From: the human T2T-CHM13v2.0 reference genome, Homo sapiens | Assembly (NCBI RefSeq): GCF_009914755.1 | Contig: NC_060931.1 | Length of the DNA: 64,000 bases | Reading direction: 5' to 3' (one strand) | In this document: positions 1-13,618 of the stretch, piece by piece | Layout of the letters: the number at the start of each line of letters is the position of its first letter | How positions within the stretch are numbered: the stretch's first letter is position 1 | Notes under the pieces: generated by a model | What the model saw: the letters and a program-made list of their open reading frames with translations, nothing else | Told to the model about the DNA's origin: nothing | Database searches by the model: none | Made by a program: the position numbers and the translations under genes

Positions 1-87
1 AGAGGTTATGGTGAGCTGAGATCATGCCATTGCACTCTAGCCTGGGCAACAAGAGAGAAACTCCGTCTCAAAAAAAAAAAAAAAAAA
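1..87 (+). mobile_element. Alu 3' end and poly(A) tail (cut by window start)
   Basis: GTGAGCTGAGATCATGCCATTGCACTCTAGCCTGGGCAACAAGAG...CCGTCTC followed by an A-run. Confidence 0.95.
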
Positions 88-646
88 TCTTTCCATATTT
101 TGATGCTTTTTCACTCCACAGTTTCAATTTTGTGCCTCATTAATCCAAGGATATAAAACATGTGGAGTTCCTTAAAGCACAGGGTTCACTGTCTCTTTTA
201 CAGATATATCTTCTTCCCATTGTGGTTTATTGGAGTGAGATTGTATGTAAGGTGAAGATAAAACAGAGTTTTGTGTTTTTGCTGATTCACCAGCTTTAGA
301 AAATGGGACTGAAATGTTACTTTACATTGTTGTTGATTCACCAACTCTAAAATATATCATGCAATGGGCAGAGAAAGTAAAAATTTAGGTACCAGACCAT
401 TAATATTATATTAATATTATGATATTACATTAATAGGATAAGCTATCAATAGAAAAAGATTGGATAGGATTGTAGAAAAATATATATTTCTATGAGCAGA
501 TCTGATAAAACTGTACAGAGATTTGCCAGTTGGGTATGAATAATCAAGAATTCAACAAATATTTGGGGTAACTACTTTTATGAGGCTAGGCATGATTTAT
601 ATAATTTTATGATATGAAAATATTTCCAATATTGGTTCTCTTCTCC

Positions 647-715
647 TATTAGGTTGGTGCAAGAGTAATCACGGTTTTTGTTATTAAAAAGTAAGAAGTT
701 TTTTACAATCTAATA
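647..715. mobile_element. MADE1 (Hsmar1 MITE), right arm partly deleted
   Basis: TATTAGGTTGGTGCAAGAGTAATCACGGTTTTTG matches the mariner TIR; ends CAATCTAATA; TA flanks. Confidence 0.8.
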
Positions 716-1879
716 TTAGATCTTAAATATCATCCTAAAAAATAATCTGGCCAAGGTAAAAACATTCTCTCCAAAAATTTTATTACAATAAAAATGCTAG
801 TGATCTAGGAGGAGGATAAAATGCACCAAATTAAATATTTTTAGAACTTATTATTTATTCTCTGTATTAGTTTAGGACATTAGCTAATGGTAGTCTGGTG
901 TAGTATACTTTTCAAAGGACAAGCTGCATCAGGGAATAATTTCTTTGGGGAATATGAATAGTATGGGTTGTCAAAAGTGGTACAGGTGGTGTGATCAAAA
1001 AGGCTCCAGGTTGAAGTCCTTAAAACCATAAATCCCCATGAGGTGACCAAGCCAAGGAAAGTTATTATTTAAAAAAGATACATTTGAGTGAGTTCAAAAT
1101 TAGGCAACTTTTGGGGGTGGGGGACAGAGGGATAGAGGAAAATTTAAAGGAAAGAGGTCTCAAAAAAGTTCTGCCAACTTTACAATTTTGCCTTGGCCAA
1201 CACTGGGAAATATGTAAGATAATATGTAAAATAACTGGAGACTATTTGTGAGCCAGTTAATCAAAACACTAAAACTCTTGCATAAAAATTATTTTACCAT
1301 GTTTTCAAGATTTGCTAGACAATTTTTAATTTAGCTATCACTGATACATAACAAGGCCTAATGTCTGACCTCAACATTTTACAAACTATTGGGGATGAAA
1401 ATATACACATAAAACAAATTAAATAATATTTCATTTCAAGAATGATATATACAGCATATTTAATAAAAAGTCAGAAAATGTGAGTTCAATATGGATTGCA
1501 TGAATTCATAAGTACTCAAGGACTTTGGTTCAGAAATGATGACAAAAGTTGTCTGTGTCATATAGAAGGTTTAATTTGGGGAATCATGAATAAATGTGGG
1601 AAGGGCAAGATTGTGTAGAACAAAGAAACACTGTTAGAAGTTTTCTGGTAAGTGTCTGGCATGATAAATATCATGTTTGGGAAAGATTAATTGGAAGGGA
1701 TTAGCAAAATGCAAGACTGCTTTTGAGGCTGCTGCAATAACTCAGGCACTGACCTACTTTCCTGATTTGATCGTCGCTTTTCCCTCAGCATAAAAGTATC
1801 CCTGCAGACTGATACACTCTAGTCCTTGTAGCATTCCATTCTCATTTCTACTCCCATGTTTATGCCACGTGCTTGCAGT

Positions 1880-2035
1880 TCACTGGAAAGGATAGGATTT
1901 AAAAACAGTCTTTGACCCAAATCCTGATTCCACCACTTAATAGTAATTTAACTTCCCTAATCCTATTCAATAAATGGAATTGCAACACCTACTTTTGAAG
2001 TTGAGCTGTGATGAGTTCTCTAAACTGGAACTTTA
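1880..2035 (+). mobile_element. MIR fragment
   Basis: CAAATCCTGATTCCACCACTT...TTTAACTTCCCTAA...TAAATGGAAT...ACCTAC resembles the MIR core. Confidence 0.55.
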
Positions 2036-2344
2036 TAAAATGAATTAAATAGAAACTTGAGGTAGTTAATTAATGTTTTTATATCTCCAATTTCTAATAT
2101 GATGACTAGATTCTAGTATAGATGTCCAAAATATCTTTTCAAATGTTTGTGTATCATAATATTTTTCATAGTATTTCTCAAAAATGCAAAAAAAAAAAAA
2201 AAACTTACCAAGTTTAATTTTGTAGAATTACCAAATGGACTTGGTTAATGATAATGATATTAGAAACAAACAAAAAAAGTCTTATATTCAAGAGAAATTT
2301 CAAAGCTAAAAGCAACAATACTTGATAACGAGTTAGAGATGAAG

Positions 2345-2760
2345 GAGCCTGAGTCAAAATTGATTTCACAAATAACAGAAAATTACAGTGGATTAAACAA
2401 GACCACTGTTTATTCAATGTTTCTTTCTTGTTCAAGTAAGAGAAGTCCACCAGTAGCATTCCAAGTCTTGTAGGGCATCATTTCTCAAAACATAAGAGAT
2501 CCACCATCTTCTTACTTTCTGCCCTGGCATTTCCATCTAATGGATGTAATTTTCAAGGTAAGAAAAAAAAATAGCTGCTGGAATTCTGGTCATTGCTTTT
2601 GTGGTGAACAAAAGTTTGGTAGAGAGGATAAAAACAAGCCCATACCAGGTGTTAAAGGGCCAATCCAAAATGCTCCACATGTAAACTTTTGTTTATATAA
2701 TGTTGGCTTCACTAGCGGTAAGGAAGGTTGATAATGTAGTTGTGTTAACTACCTGAAATA
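2345..2760 (-). mobile_element. Old MLT1 (ERVL-MaLR) LTR fragment
   Basis: AATAACAGAAAATTACAGTGGATTAAACAAG and AAATAGCTGCTGGAATTCTGG resemble antisense MLT1J/K. Confidence 0.4.
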
Positions 2761-2926
2761 TAAATCAGAAATATATTACTGAGAAGTACAGCTAAATACT
2801 TTAGAGAGGAAACTAAAAGTCTCTCCTTTACCAATTAAAATGAAGATCAGTATTTGGGGGAAGTAGAAATATTTGGAGGAGGAACTATTTTAAGTTGGAA
2901 TTTATTGACTTTAAATATGAGTGGAT

Positions 2927-3147
2927 CCTGTAATCCTAGCATTTTGGGAGGCCAAGGAGGGCAGATCATTTGAGCCCAGCAGTTCGAGATCAGCCTGGGC
3001 AACATGGTGAAACCCCATTTCTCCAAAAAAAATACAAAAATTGGTTGGGCATGGTGGCATGTGGCTATAGCCCCAACTACTCCAGGGAGCTGAGGCAGGA
3101 GGATCACTTGAGTCCCAGAGGCAGAGGTTGCAGTGAGCTGAGATGAC
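2927..3147 (+). mobile_element. AluJ-like, lacking both extreme 5' end and tail
   Basis: CCTGTAATCCTAGCATTTTGGGAGGCC...GGAGGATCACTTGAG...GCAGTGAGCTGAGATGAC, then runs directly into L1. Confidence 0.9.
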
Positions 3148-3946
3148 TATTGATTGTGTCTTTTGATGCACAAATGTTTTAAATTTTGATGTAGTCCAGT
3201 TTACCTCTTTTTTTCTTTTGTTGCCTATGCTTTGGGTGTCATAGCCAAAAAATCATTGCCAGATCCAATAATATGAGGATTTTCCTCTGTTTTCTTCCAA
3301 GAGTTTTATTGTAGCTCTTAGATTTGTGTTTTAATCCCTTTTTTATTAATTTTGGTATATGGCATAAGGTAATAGTTCAAATCATTCTTTTGAATGTGGA
3401 TATACAGTTTTACCAACACCATTTGTAGAAAAAACAGCCTTTTCCTCATTGAATGGTCTTGTCAACCTTGTTAAAAATCACTTCACCACATATGTGAGGG
3501 TTTATTTTTGGGCTCTGTATTCTGCTCCATTGGTGTGTATGTCCATTTTTAAGCCACCATATAGTCTTCTGATTACAGTAGCTTTGCAGTAAGTTTTAAA
3601 ATCAGAAAGTGTGAGACTTTTAACTTTGTGTTTTGTGATTTTTTTTTCAAGATTGTTTTGCTAATTTGTGGTTTTTTGAGACTGCATATAAATTTTTGGA
3701 AAGATTTTTCTATCTTTGCAAAATCATAATTGAAATTTTGACAGAGATTACACTGAATCTATAGATCACATTGGGTAATATTGAACTCAACAATATGAAG
3801 TCTTCCAGCCCATAAACATGGGATATCTTTTTATTTTTTATGTGACTTTAGTATCTTTCAGCAACTTTTTAAAGTTTGCAGTGTGCACACATTTTGCCTC
3901 CTGGGTTAGATTTATTCCTAAGTATTTTACTCTTTTTGATACTGTT
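3148..3946 (-). mobile_element. L1M (L1MB/MC-like) ORF2 3' region, antisense
   Basis: T-rich antisense L1 motifs (TTTTGATGTAGTCCAGTTTA, CCAACACCATTTGTAGAAAA, CTGAATCTATAGATCAC); continues a few bp beyond the THE1 insertion. Confidence 0.85.
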
Positions 3947-4308
3947 TGTAATATTATGCTTTCACATTGCTGATAAAGACATACCTGAGACTGGGTAATT
4001 TATCAAGAAAATGAGGTTTAATGGATTCACAGTTCCACGTGGCTGGAGAGGCCTCACAATCATGATGAAACGTGAAAGGGACATCTTACATGGCAGCAGG
4101 CAAGAGAGAATGAGAACCAAGAGAAGGGGGTTTCCCCTTATAAAACCTTCTGATCTCACGAGACATATTCACTACCATGAGAATGGTAGGGAGGAAACCG
4201 CCCCCATGATTCAATTATTTCCCACTGGGTCCCTCCCAAAACACATGGGAATTATGAGAGCTAAAATTCAAGATGAGATTTGGGTGGATACAAAGCTGAA
4301 CCATATCA
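3947..4308 (-). mobile_element. THE1 solo LTR inserted in L1M
   Basis: GATAAAGACATACCTGAGACTGGGTAATTTAT...GATGAGATTTGGGTGG...ACCATATCA; perfect 5-bp TSD CTGTT at 3942-3946 and 4309-4313. Confidence 0.93.
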
Positions 4309-4649
4309 CTGTTGTAAATTAAATTGAAAAACTGTTTAGTATTTCTAAGAGTAATTATTACAGAAGGTTTGAAGTATCTGATATTCTCTGTTCTCCCAAG
4401 CTTGATACCCCTTCTATCTCTCCATAAATTTGGTTTTTATAATTTTAAAAGGTAATAGTATTAATTTGCATTAATAGTATTTCCTGGGTTTTAAAGTTTA
4501 CTTTTTAAAACCCAACATTACAGACAGATTTATTCATGTTAATATAAATAGAGTTAATTATTTTAACAATGGTAACAAAGTTTATCATGTGACTCATACA
4601 ATATTTTTAGTCAGTAAAGAGTTTTAATCTATCTTCTTTTGGTTGTTTT

Positions 4650-4722
4650 TGCTTTATTTATTTATTTACATTTATTTTTTTCTAGATTCAGGGATTACAT
4701 GCACAGGTTTGTTACATGGCTG
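4650..4722 (-). mobile_element. Short L1PA/PB 3'-end stub
   Basis: T-rich tail then GATTCAGGGATTACATGCACAGGTTTGTTACATGG. Confidence 0.6.
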
Positions 4723-4769
4723 TTTTTTGTATAATATTTCTTTCTTGATAAATTTTGTAAACACTATTT

Positions 4770-5900
4770 ACTTTTTTAAATCAACACAAATTATATATAT
4801 TTATTATATACAACATGATGTTTTGAAATATGTACACATCATAAAATGGCTAAATTAAGCTAATTAACACATGCATTATTTCATACACTTATCTTTTTTT
4901 GTAATGAGAACACTTAAAATCTCTGTTATCAATTTTAAAGACAATACATTGTTATTAGCTATAGTCACCATGTTGTAAAACAGATCTCTTGAACTTATTC
5001 CTCCTAACTTAAATTTGTATCCTTTGCTCAACATCTCTTCAACCTCACTCCACCCCACCCCTAGCACTTGTTAACCATCATTTTATTCTGTACTTTTATA
5101 AGGTCAACTCTTTAGATTTTACATATAAGTGAGATCATGGTATATTTGTGTTTCTGTGCCTGGCTTCTTACATTTAGCATAATGTCCTCCAGGATTATCC
5201 ATATTTTTGTAAAATGACAGCATTTCCTTCTTTTTTGAAGCCAAATAGTGTTCCATTATGTATACATATCATGTTTTTTTGTTCATTCATTAATGAACAC
5301 ATAGATTTATTTTATATCTTAGCTATTTTTAGTAATATTGTAATAAACCTGGGAGTGTAGATATCTCTTCAACACACTGCTTTTATTTCCTTTAAATATA
5401 TATCTAGTGGTGGGATTACTGGAATATGGTAGTTCTATTTTTGTTTTTTAAAGAAACTTTCACAGTTTACCTAATAATTATGCTAATTTATACTTCCCCT
5501 ATAGTGTGCAATGATTTTCTTTTCTCCACATCCTCACCAGCATTATTTATCTTTCACCTTGTTAATAACAGTCATTGTAGCAGATGTGAAGTAATATCTC
5601 ATTGTGGTTTTAATTTGCATTTCTCTGATGATTAGTGATTTTGAACATTTTTTCATATACCTGTTGACCATTTTTATGTCTTCTTTTGAGAAATGCAAGA
5701 CATTTGGGTCCTTTGCCCATTCTTTTAAATGGGTTGTCTCCTTTCAAACTATAAACTATTGAGTTGTTTGAGTTTCTTATATGTTTTGGATATTAACACC
5801 TTAACAGATATGTTAAGAAAATGCAAACATTTTCTTTCATTCTACGGGTTGTCTCTTAGTTAATTGTTTACTGAGCAGAAGCATTTCTGTTTGATAAAAT
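4770..5900 (-). mobile_element. L1MA 3' region, antisense
   Basis: TACAACATGATGTTTTGAAATATGTAC...GTGAGATCATG...GTGGTTTTAATTTGCATTTCTCTGATG. Confidence 0.88.
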
Positions 5901-6304
5901 CTCAGAACTCAGAATGTAAATTTATTTGGAAATAGGGTTTTTGCAGATACAATTTAGTTAAGGACTGTGAAAAGAGATTATTCTCTATTTAGGATTTCCT
6001 CTAGATTTAATGACTGGTATTCTTACAGGAGAAAAAGCTGCAGAGACACACAGAGGAATGTGCCATGTGATGATGAAGGCAAAGATTGCTCTATGTGCCA
6101 AGGAACAGGCAGTATTCCTGGCAACAACCAGAAATGAAGAATTATGGAACAGATTCTCGCTCAGAGCCTCCAGAAGTAACCAACTCTGCCAACTCCTTAA
6201 TTTTGGACTTCTGGTCTCCAGAATTGTGAGAGAATAAATTTTTGTTGTTTTTAATGATGAAGTTTGCTGTAATTTGTTATGCCAGCCCTAGGAAACTAAT
6301 GCAT
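5901..6304 (+). mobile_element. MLT1B/C LTR, 5'-truncated
   Basis: TTATTTGGAAATAGGG...CAGATTCTCGCTCAGAGCCTCCAGAAG...CAGCCCTAGGAAACTAATGCA. Confidence 0.85.
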
Positions 6305-6319
6305 TACTTTACAAGTGTT

Positions 6320-6452
6320 AATTCATTTATCTCTCATAATAGCTGTATGAATTAGTTCCTACTCTTATCCAATTTTATAAATGAGGAAATAAAGCTACAA
6401 TATACTAAATAATTTACCAAAAGTTACACAGCTGGGAAGTGGTGGAGACAGA
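6320..6452 (-). mobile_element. MIR
   Basis: ATTTTATAAATGAGGAAATAAAGCT...AAGTTACACAGCTGGGAAGTGGTGGAG. Confidence 0.7.
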
Positions 6453-7171
6453 TGGTAATATACAAATTACTAGAAACATGCCACATTACCTCTTAATGTG
6501 GGCTAATTTAGTAATTATGAGCATTCAAATGCATATAGCTAGCTTGACTTGCTAGCATTGACCATCAGAATGATTACTAAATCTTTACTTTCTACCTTGT
6601 ACGTGTTAGAAAAGGATGGTTAACTGTATTTCCATACGTCAAGAATATTTCTATAAGTTTCTATATAAAAACATTTTCTACCACCAAGATTTAAAACTTG
6701 TCACCATGATTTAGTAGAAGTTTACCATAGCACATTTTGATTATACTTATTTGGACATTGCTTTTTAAAGAGCACTAAAGGAATCTGAAAAACTAAAGCA
6801 AATGTTAAAAATCCTTTAGGCAGGAAGTATCAGAGGAGTGAAAGCTGGTTTTCATTGTTCAAATAATCATTCTACAATACTTCAGCATTTCACAGTGGCA
6901 TGTTACATGTGTCATTTTATTTATGTGATGGGAAAGTACAAGGAAGTACAACTTATTTAGTAAATTCAGATTTTGGTAGAGCAATAATCAAGAATAAAAT
7001 CTTATTATAATATGTCCAATCATAAATTAGCAAATTTTTCTAACTCATTTAAACACAACTAACTCTTCCTATCTTTCTAACCAATCTAAACTCATCTAAG
7101 TTTTCTCGAATCTTTATTTTAGCAATACTATGTTTATATTTTAAAAAAAGAATCACATGTCGATACTTTAG

Positions 7172-7499
<328 letters not shown>

Positions 7500-8974
7500 T
7501 CCTTTTATTATCTTTTAAATTTTCTCTTTTTTAATTATATTTTTCTTTTAAATTTTCGATTGCATAAGTTCTTTCTTGATAATTAGAGTTTTTACAATCT
7601 TTTAGACTTTTAAACATTGACTATTTAATATGTGTTAAATATAATTAGGGTTTATGGAATTGTAAAATTTATTTTGTACCTTGTCGTTGCTTAATGAAGG
7701 AAAGTAATTTCATCCAAAAAGGAATTCTTTAAATTTAGAAATAACCTCATGTAATTTTATACATCCTTCTACTTCCCCTCATTAATTAATCTTTAATCAC
7801 TATCAAAAATTGCCTATTATGCCCCGAAAGCACAGCGCTCCTAGCATTTCTGTAAGTTTTTCTTATTCTCTCTCATTTTTCATTTCCCTGTACACATTTG
7901 TAATACAGGAAAATGAAGTTAGAAATGTATATATCTATGTGCCTATGCTGACAAACAAATAATTCTTCAACAGTTTTTCATTGAGAATCTACTATATACA
8001 AGGCATTATACTAGATGCAGTGGGTAAATATTACATTATTAATATTGTTTAGATTAGACAAACTGCAGTTAAATTATTAGTAAAAGTCTTAAAATATTGC
8101 CCTTTGGCTTTTTGAAATTACAAAAACATGTTAGGTAATGTTTTTAAAGGTTCTTTTGTATTCTCTTATAGTGGCGTTGATTATCAATGATGCCAAGAGC
8201 AATCTCCTTTTTAAATTTCTTTTTTCAGTCAGTAAAGCCCATCTACAAATATAAATTGTGGTCAAAACTACTCTACATGAGAATGCTTCAAACTACTAGT
8301 GACTTGTGGATTGGTAAAGATAAGCAAATTGATAAAATAATAATGATAATAATCCTGCTAATAAAAGCATATCTAAGTTGCCAGCAAATGTTGTTTTAAA
8401 TTATGTTAGTGAGTATGGAGACACTGTGTTGGTAACCGTGCTTGCTCATCAGAATACCTGTGTGAACTGAGCTTTAAGCACTGGAGATAAAATGTTAACA
8501 AGGAGAAGGCCCTGAATACCACATTGAGCATTTTATTTTATTTTGAGTGTCAGTTGAAAGGCACTTATGGATCCTCAGAATGGGAATCATGAAACATTAT
8601 ATTTGACAAAATATTTCCCTCTGAGAGCTTCACAAGAGTTTGGAGACAAGAATGCCATCATTTGAAAAAAAAATTTTTTTTCAGTAGTTTGACTACAGGT
8701 AGTGATGACTTAAACTGAGGCTCTAACTGTAATAACAGAGCAAAGAATAATTCCAGAAAACAGCATGATGAGCTGCATTTGGTAATTACTCAAACAAAGG
8801 AGAAAGAGAATAACAGATACAAATGAGACTTGAAAACAAATACAGAGTATTCTGTGACAAAACAAGAGTGATCAACTATCTTTCTAATCACAATGTTTAC
8901 GAAAGGCCACATTGCAAAGTTGACTACACAAACCAAGAATATAATTCTCCATATACAAAAGATATTTAATTTCT

Positions 8975-9415
8975 AAACAGCATGATCCACTGTTCTGCAT
9001 ATTTTTAGTGTGGCAGAAGACAAAGTGCTTTTCCTGAAAATTTTAAGTAAACTCTTTTTTTTTTTTTTCTGCTCTGTTATTTTATGCCAACAATAGTCAG
9101 TAGATTGAATGGCCATCCATACCCAGAGAAATGTTACTGATGAATTAGTGTCAGCCCGGGGAGACATAACGAGTGATGTTTTGAAGGGGTCACCTTTACA
9201 TTGAGGGCTGCTTAAGTGTTTCTTCAATGACCTGGAAAATGAAATAGAGAATAGGCTCATCAAATTTGTAGATGAGTTCAATCTCCTGAAGAGAATAAGG
9301 ACAGAACGACTCATGGAAGATGGATTCAGTATTCAAAATGAACTTGGCAAATTGGAAAGGCAGTGAGAGATGAACTGAACGACGTTCAAAGAGGTCAGAT
9401 TCAAGTTAGTGCAAC
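8975..9415 (+). mobile_element. CR1/L3 LINE reverse-transcriptase fossil
   Basis: Translation HTQRNVTDELVSARGDITSDVLKGS...FFNDLENEIENRLIKFVDEFNL...IQNELGKLE matches CR1 RT motifs (TQRV..NG..S.W..VTSGVPQGS; FINDL...KFADD; IQ.DL..LE); upstream FSVAEDKV...ILSKL resembles FSKAFDKV...LLSKL. Confidence 0.8.
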
Positions 9416-10022
9416 ACAGACAAAGATCCAATGTCAAAAGATACACAACAATATATTTGTTCTAATGGGGGTAAGGTGATTTAGAATAGTGTTTGAAATA
9501 TTCTCTTTATTGATGCCATGCCAAAAAAAGAGTGGGGAATGGTACCTGTAATGGCAGCCTGGCACAGAAAAAACAAATTCACCACATTCTAAAACTTCCT
9601 TTGGAAATTACCTAGGGGCTCAAATCCTCACAAAGATTTTCTATGTAACAGTTCAGCAATAGATATTTACTAGATGGATTTATCTGTGTTGTTTTTGTTG
9701 TTTTAATGCTACATCACAAACATTTGCTACATACATTTGTTATGTAGCATTAAAACTATATTTAATGTAGCTAATAAGTATAAATAAGTATAGTTCAAAA
9801 AATTAGGATCAAGTACTTAAAGAATAACTTATGCTCGTAAAAAAATATTTTGTGTATTTTGAATATTTTTCTTAATCACATTGTTTACAATATTAAGTCA
9901 TTCAACAACCAGTCAAGAAATAATAGTTAAGTAATAACCATGTGTGGTACTCAGTTAAGTACTGGTATGCGGCTGTGGAATAAGCAATAGAATCTCTGAC
10001 CTCAGTGAGCCCATATCTAGGG

Positions 10023-10242
10023 CAGGAGTCAGCAAACTGTAAAAGGCCAGATAGTAAATACCTTAGACTTTTGTTGGCCATATGGTATCTGTTGCAATGA
10101 GTCAACTCTGCTGTTGTAGCACAAAACCAGCCACATACAATACACAAATAAAGAGGTATGGCTGTGTTCCCATAGACATTTCTTTATAAAAAATAGGCAG
10201 TAGGGCAAATTTGGCCCATGGGTCTTAGTTTGCCAACCCCTG
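10023..10242. mobile_element. MER58A (hAT-Charlie MITE)
   Basis: TIRs CAGGAGTCAGCAAAC...GTTTGCCAACCCCTG; 8-bp TSD-like ATCTAGGG / TTCCAGGG. Confidence 0.88.
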
Positions 10243-10254
10243 TTCCAGGGGATA

Positions 10255-11260
10255 AGATAGGCATTAAACAAGCAAAAACTTGATATAAACACAAATAGAG
10301 TGTCATGTGATAAAATACTGAGAGATGGTCAAGAAGACTATTTTAGAGTGTGTGGTTTGGAAAGGTTTTACTGAGGAAGTGACATTTCAGATGAGACATG
10401 AAGAATGTTCATGGTTTGTCAATCCACACTGCGACAAAGGCTCTGGAGCAGAATGACATTTGTGCAGGTGATGCCCTAAAAAAGGCCAGGCAGCAACAGA
10501 TATAGGGCCTGTTCTAAGTAAGGGGAATGAGATGGTAAAAAAGAAAAGGTAGCTACCATCCAGACAGAGTATTATGTTCCAATGGAATGAGGCAGTTTAA
10601 AAAATAACTGTACACACATAAATGAGGCAGAGAATTTCAGATCATGAAAAGTGCTGCAGAGAAGATGAAGCAAGTTCATATGATAGTATGATTTGGTAGC
10701 AAGGGATGTATGAGCATGACACATTTGACCCGAAAATAAAGAAGAATACAGCTTTGAAAACACCTGAATGGAGGGAGTTCCAGCCTGAGGAAACAGTAAA
10801 TGACAAGGCTCAAAGATGAAAGTAAGCTTAGTATGATATAGGGTCAGAAAAAAGGCTGAGGTGGACACAGCATCTTTTGGAAGTGGTAACATTTACTGTG
10901 ATGTATAAGATTGAGGGAGGAGCAGAACTAGAAGGAAATATCATAAATTCTGTTTTGGTTTTGTCAAGTTTTCATGGCTTCATAGCATCTAAACCAAGAT
11001 CTTCAATATGCAGTTGGATACATGAGCCCAGGGCCCAGAGCAAGAAAACGGCTAGGGCTGGAAGTATAAATTTGGGAAGATGTCAATGTCTTTGGGTGTA
11101 GTGAGTTATGAAGACTCTGGCATAAGAAATTAGAAAGGTAAGCAGAGTCATATCATGTAGGGCCTTGCATGCCATATGTTAACCAGGTTATATTTTCTTC
11201 CAAAAGTACTGAGAAGAAATTGCATGACTTTTAAACAGGGGAGTGACGTGATTCAGTTTA
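10255..11260 (-). mobile_element. L2 fragments
   Basis: GGAAAGGTTTTACTGAGGAAGTGACATTTCAGATGAGAC, GCAGTTGGATACATGAG and GGGCTGGAAGTATAAATTTGGGA are typical antisense L2. Confidence 0.65.
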
Positions 11261-11265
11261 AAAGA

Positions 11266-11909
11266 GGTTATCGTTATTGTGGATTCCTTATTTGTGAATT
11301 TGTCTACCCATACCCAGAAAAATCTATACTCGCAGCATTTGTATGGTCACTCACCAACATACACAGGTAGCAAAAATTTGAGTCTCCAGATGCCCATGTG
11401 CCCAGCTGAGGCTGAACAAGGTGATGTTCTGCTTTCTTGTTTCAGTTCTCATACTATGTAAGTTTTCTTTTTGTGGTCTATTTAGCGCCACATTTCCCTC
11501 ATGCTTATGCTTTTTGTTGCTGATTTTGTGATTTAAAATGGTCTCCAGCCATAGCGCTGACATGCTGTCTAGTGTTCCTAAGTGCAAGATGTCTGTGATG
11601 TGCCTTAAGGGACAGATACCTGTGTTAGATGAGCTTTATACAACCATGAATTATGGTGCTGTTGGTCCTGAGGTTCAAAGTTAATGAATCAATGCTATAT
11701 ATTAAATAAAGTGTCTTTAACAGAAACACACTTAAAACAAGATTATGTATTAACTGGTTGATAAAAATTTTGCAGCCAGAAAATTTGCAGGAACCTAACC
11801 TTGTGTTTCCCCAAGGAGCAATGATTCCATATTCGCTAATTCAGTGTTTGCAGTAATGTTTGCAGCAACTTCCTAAAACATAACTACCTTTAATAAAGAG
11901 GATTGACTG
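11266..11909. mobile_element. MER82 (TcMar-Tigger non-autonomous)
   Basis: CCCAGCTGAGGCTGAACAAGG...GCTGTCTAGTGTTCCTAAGTGCAAG...ATTCGCTAATTCAGTGTTTGC...GGATTGACTG. Confidence 0.85.
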
Positions 11910-12097
11910 AATATCTCAAAAAGACTACGCTGAATTACATGGGTTATTTTATCTGTCATTAAGTAAAATGTAAAGTGCAGTTTTACTTGGCTTTTCCTGC
12001 CCTGGCCTTGAAATCAACAAATACAATTATATAAATGTGTGAAACTAAAGCCAAGGGCTTAGCACAGTGAATGATGAATACTCTTTCCTCCAGTGTT

Positions 12098-12117
12098 AGC
12101 TGCTGCTGCTGCTGCTG
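12098..12117 (+). repeat. (GCT)n short trinucleotide repeat
   Basis: AGCTGCTGCTGCTGCTGCTG. Confidence 0.85.
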
Positions 12118-13618
12118 TTTCCAATGCCCTATACAGGGATGCCCTATTTCTACCCTGAGATAGCATTCCTGAGGGACAAAGTGGCAACCCCAGCAGATTA
12201 ACCAAGATATGTTCCCTAAAGGTAGTTATGACCATGACAGTCTCTGCTCATGCCTGTTGTTTCAGCCAGTATCCCACTCTGTTGGTGGTCCCTTTTTTGG
12301 TACAAAAAAATTATTTGCTCACGCTATGCAGAGATGTTTCAAATATAAAAATATGAAATATGGATTTAGTGGTGGAGCAGCTGCCATTTAGCCTGAGAAT
12401 CAGTTAGACAAGGGGCTAGGGACTGGGGAGTGTTCTAGGCCAGTGTGTTCTAATCAGGAACAGAATAGGAGGTGGCTGTCTTAGGGTCAAAGAGAGATGT
12501 TGGAGCTAAAAGCCGCAAGAGCAGGAAGTTTTCAGAGAAGGATTTTGGCAGCGATGGAGCAGAAAATATGTTTACAACAGCACCATGGGGAAAACGAAGT
12601 AACAGGAATGCTGTAGAAAGTTGAATTTGGAGAGAGTTATCAAATCACAAAATGTAAAAAGCAAATTTTTAAAAATGTGAAAAAAAACATAGTCATAGAT
12701 ATATAATGAAAACAGAAAGGATTACATAAATGTAAACATAAAATGTTGATTTTATTCTTGACTTTATTTCTTCAATTCTCTTTTTTTCCTGCCATTCTCT
12801 AGTTTTCCTTCATGACCTAAATTTTATTTCAGAAACCCATTGTTTAATACCTAAGTTCACAGTGATCTCTTCTATTCTCCTTGCATCACACATCTAGTCC
12901 CTTTGCTCACCTAAGTTCTTCCTCCTCAATGTCTTATTTTTCCCCAATCCCTCCTGCTCACACTCTTGCCTGAACTATGTCAGCCACCCTCAATTCTTTG
13001 CCTCATCGCTGATACCTCTAAAGTCATGACCTATAGACATTTTTTAAAAAGTAAATTAAAGATTTTCTAAAAATTTGTTTGTTTTAGTTTTCTCTTTCAT
13101 CTTTATATCTATCTGTTGAATATTGTGCTAATCTCTTTTTCATTCTGTAATCCTATTTTCACTCAGTCAACTCTTATTCTCTGTCTCATCTATGTTAGTT
13201 TTCTTTTTCTTTCCTTTTTCTTTGTTTCAATTGGTCAAATAAAGTATAATTTTAATGTTTCTTCTTTTTTCTTATGTTCCAAATTTTAAGTGAATTGTTT
13301 ATTTTCTTTAAAAAATAAAGTTTACTATAATATTATTCTTTACTAAGAAGTCTTGCCGTGTGTGTGTTCTGACTCCTGTCCAACTCTCCTGCTGCATCTA
13401 AAGCCACTATTTACTAACCTGTACCCAATCCAGAGCCTTGTTTCAGTTTCTCCCTAGAGCAAGCTCTTGCTAATTTCAAGGGTTGTCAATTCACAATTTC
13501 CTCCTCTTTGGATAGCTTTTCCTAGTCTTCATTACTCCTAGCAGTTTCTTAGTTTAAATGTCACTTCCTCAAATAGGTCTGCCCTGACCAGACCAATCAA
13601 TAGATATTCACTGAATAC

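Noticed and set aside
280-352. Two ~22-bp similar units (G[C/T]TGATTCACCA[G/A]CT[T/C]TA[G/A]AA) about 50 bp apart, superficially repeat-spacer-like
   Set aside because: Only two imperfect units in eukaryotic DNA; not an array and no CRISPR context.
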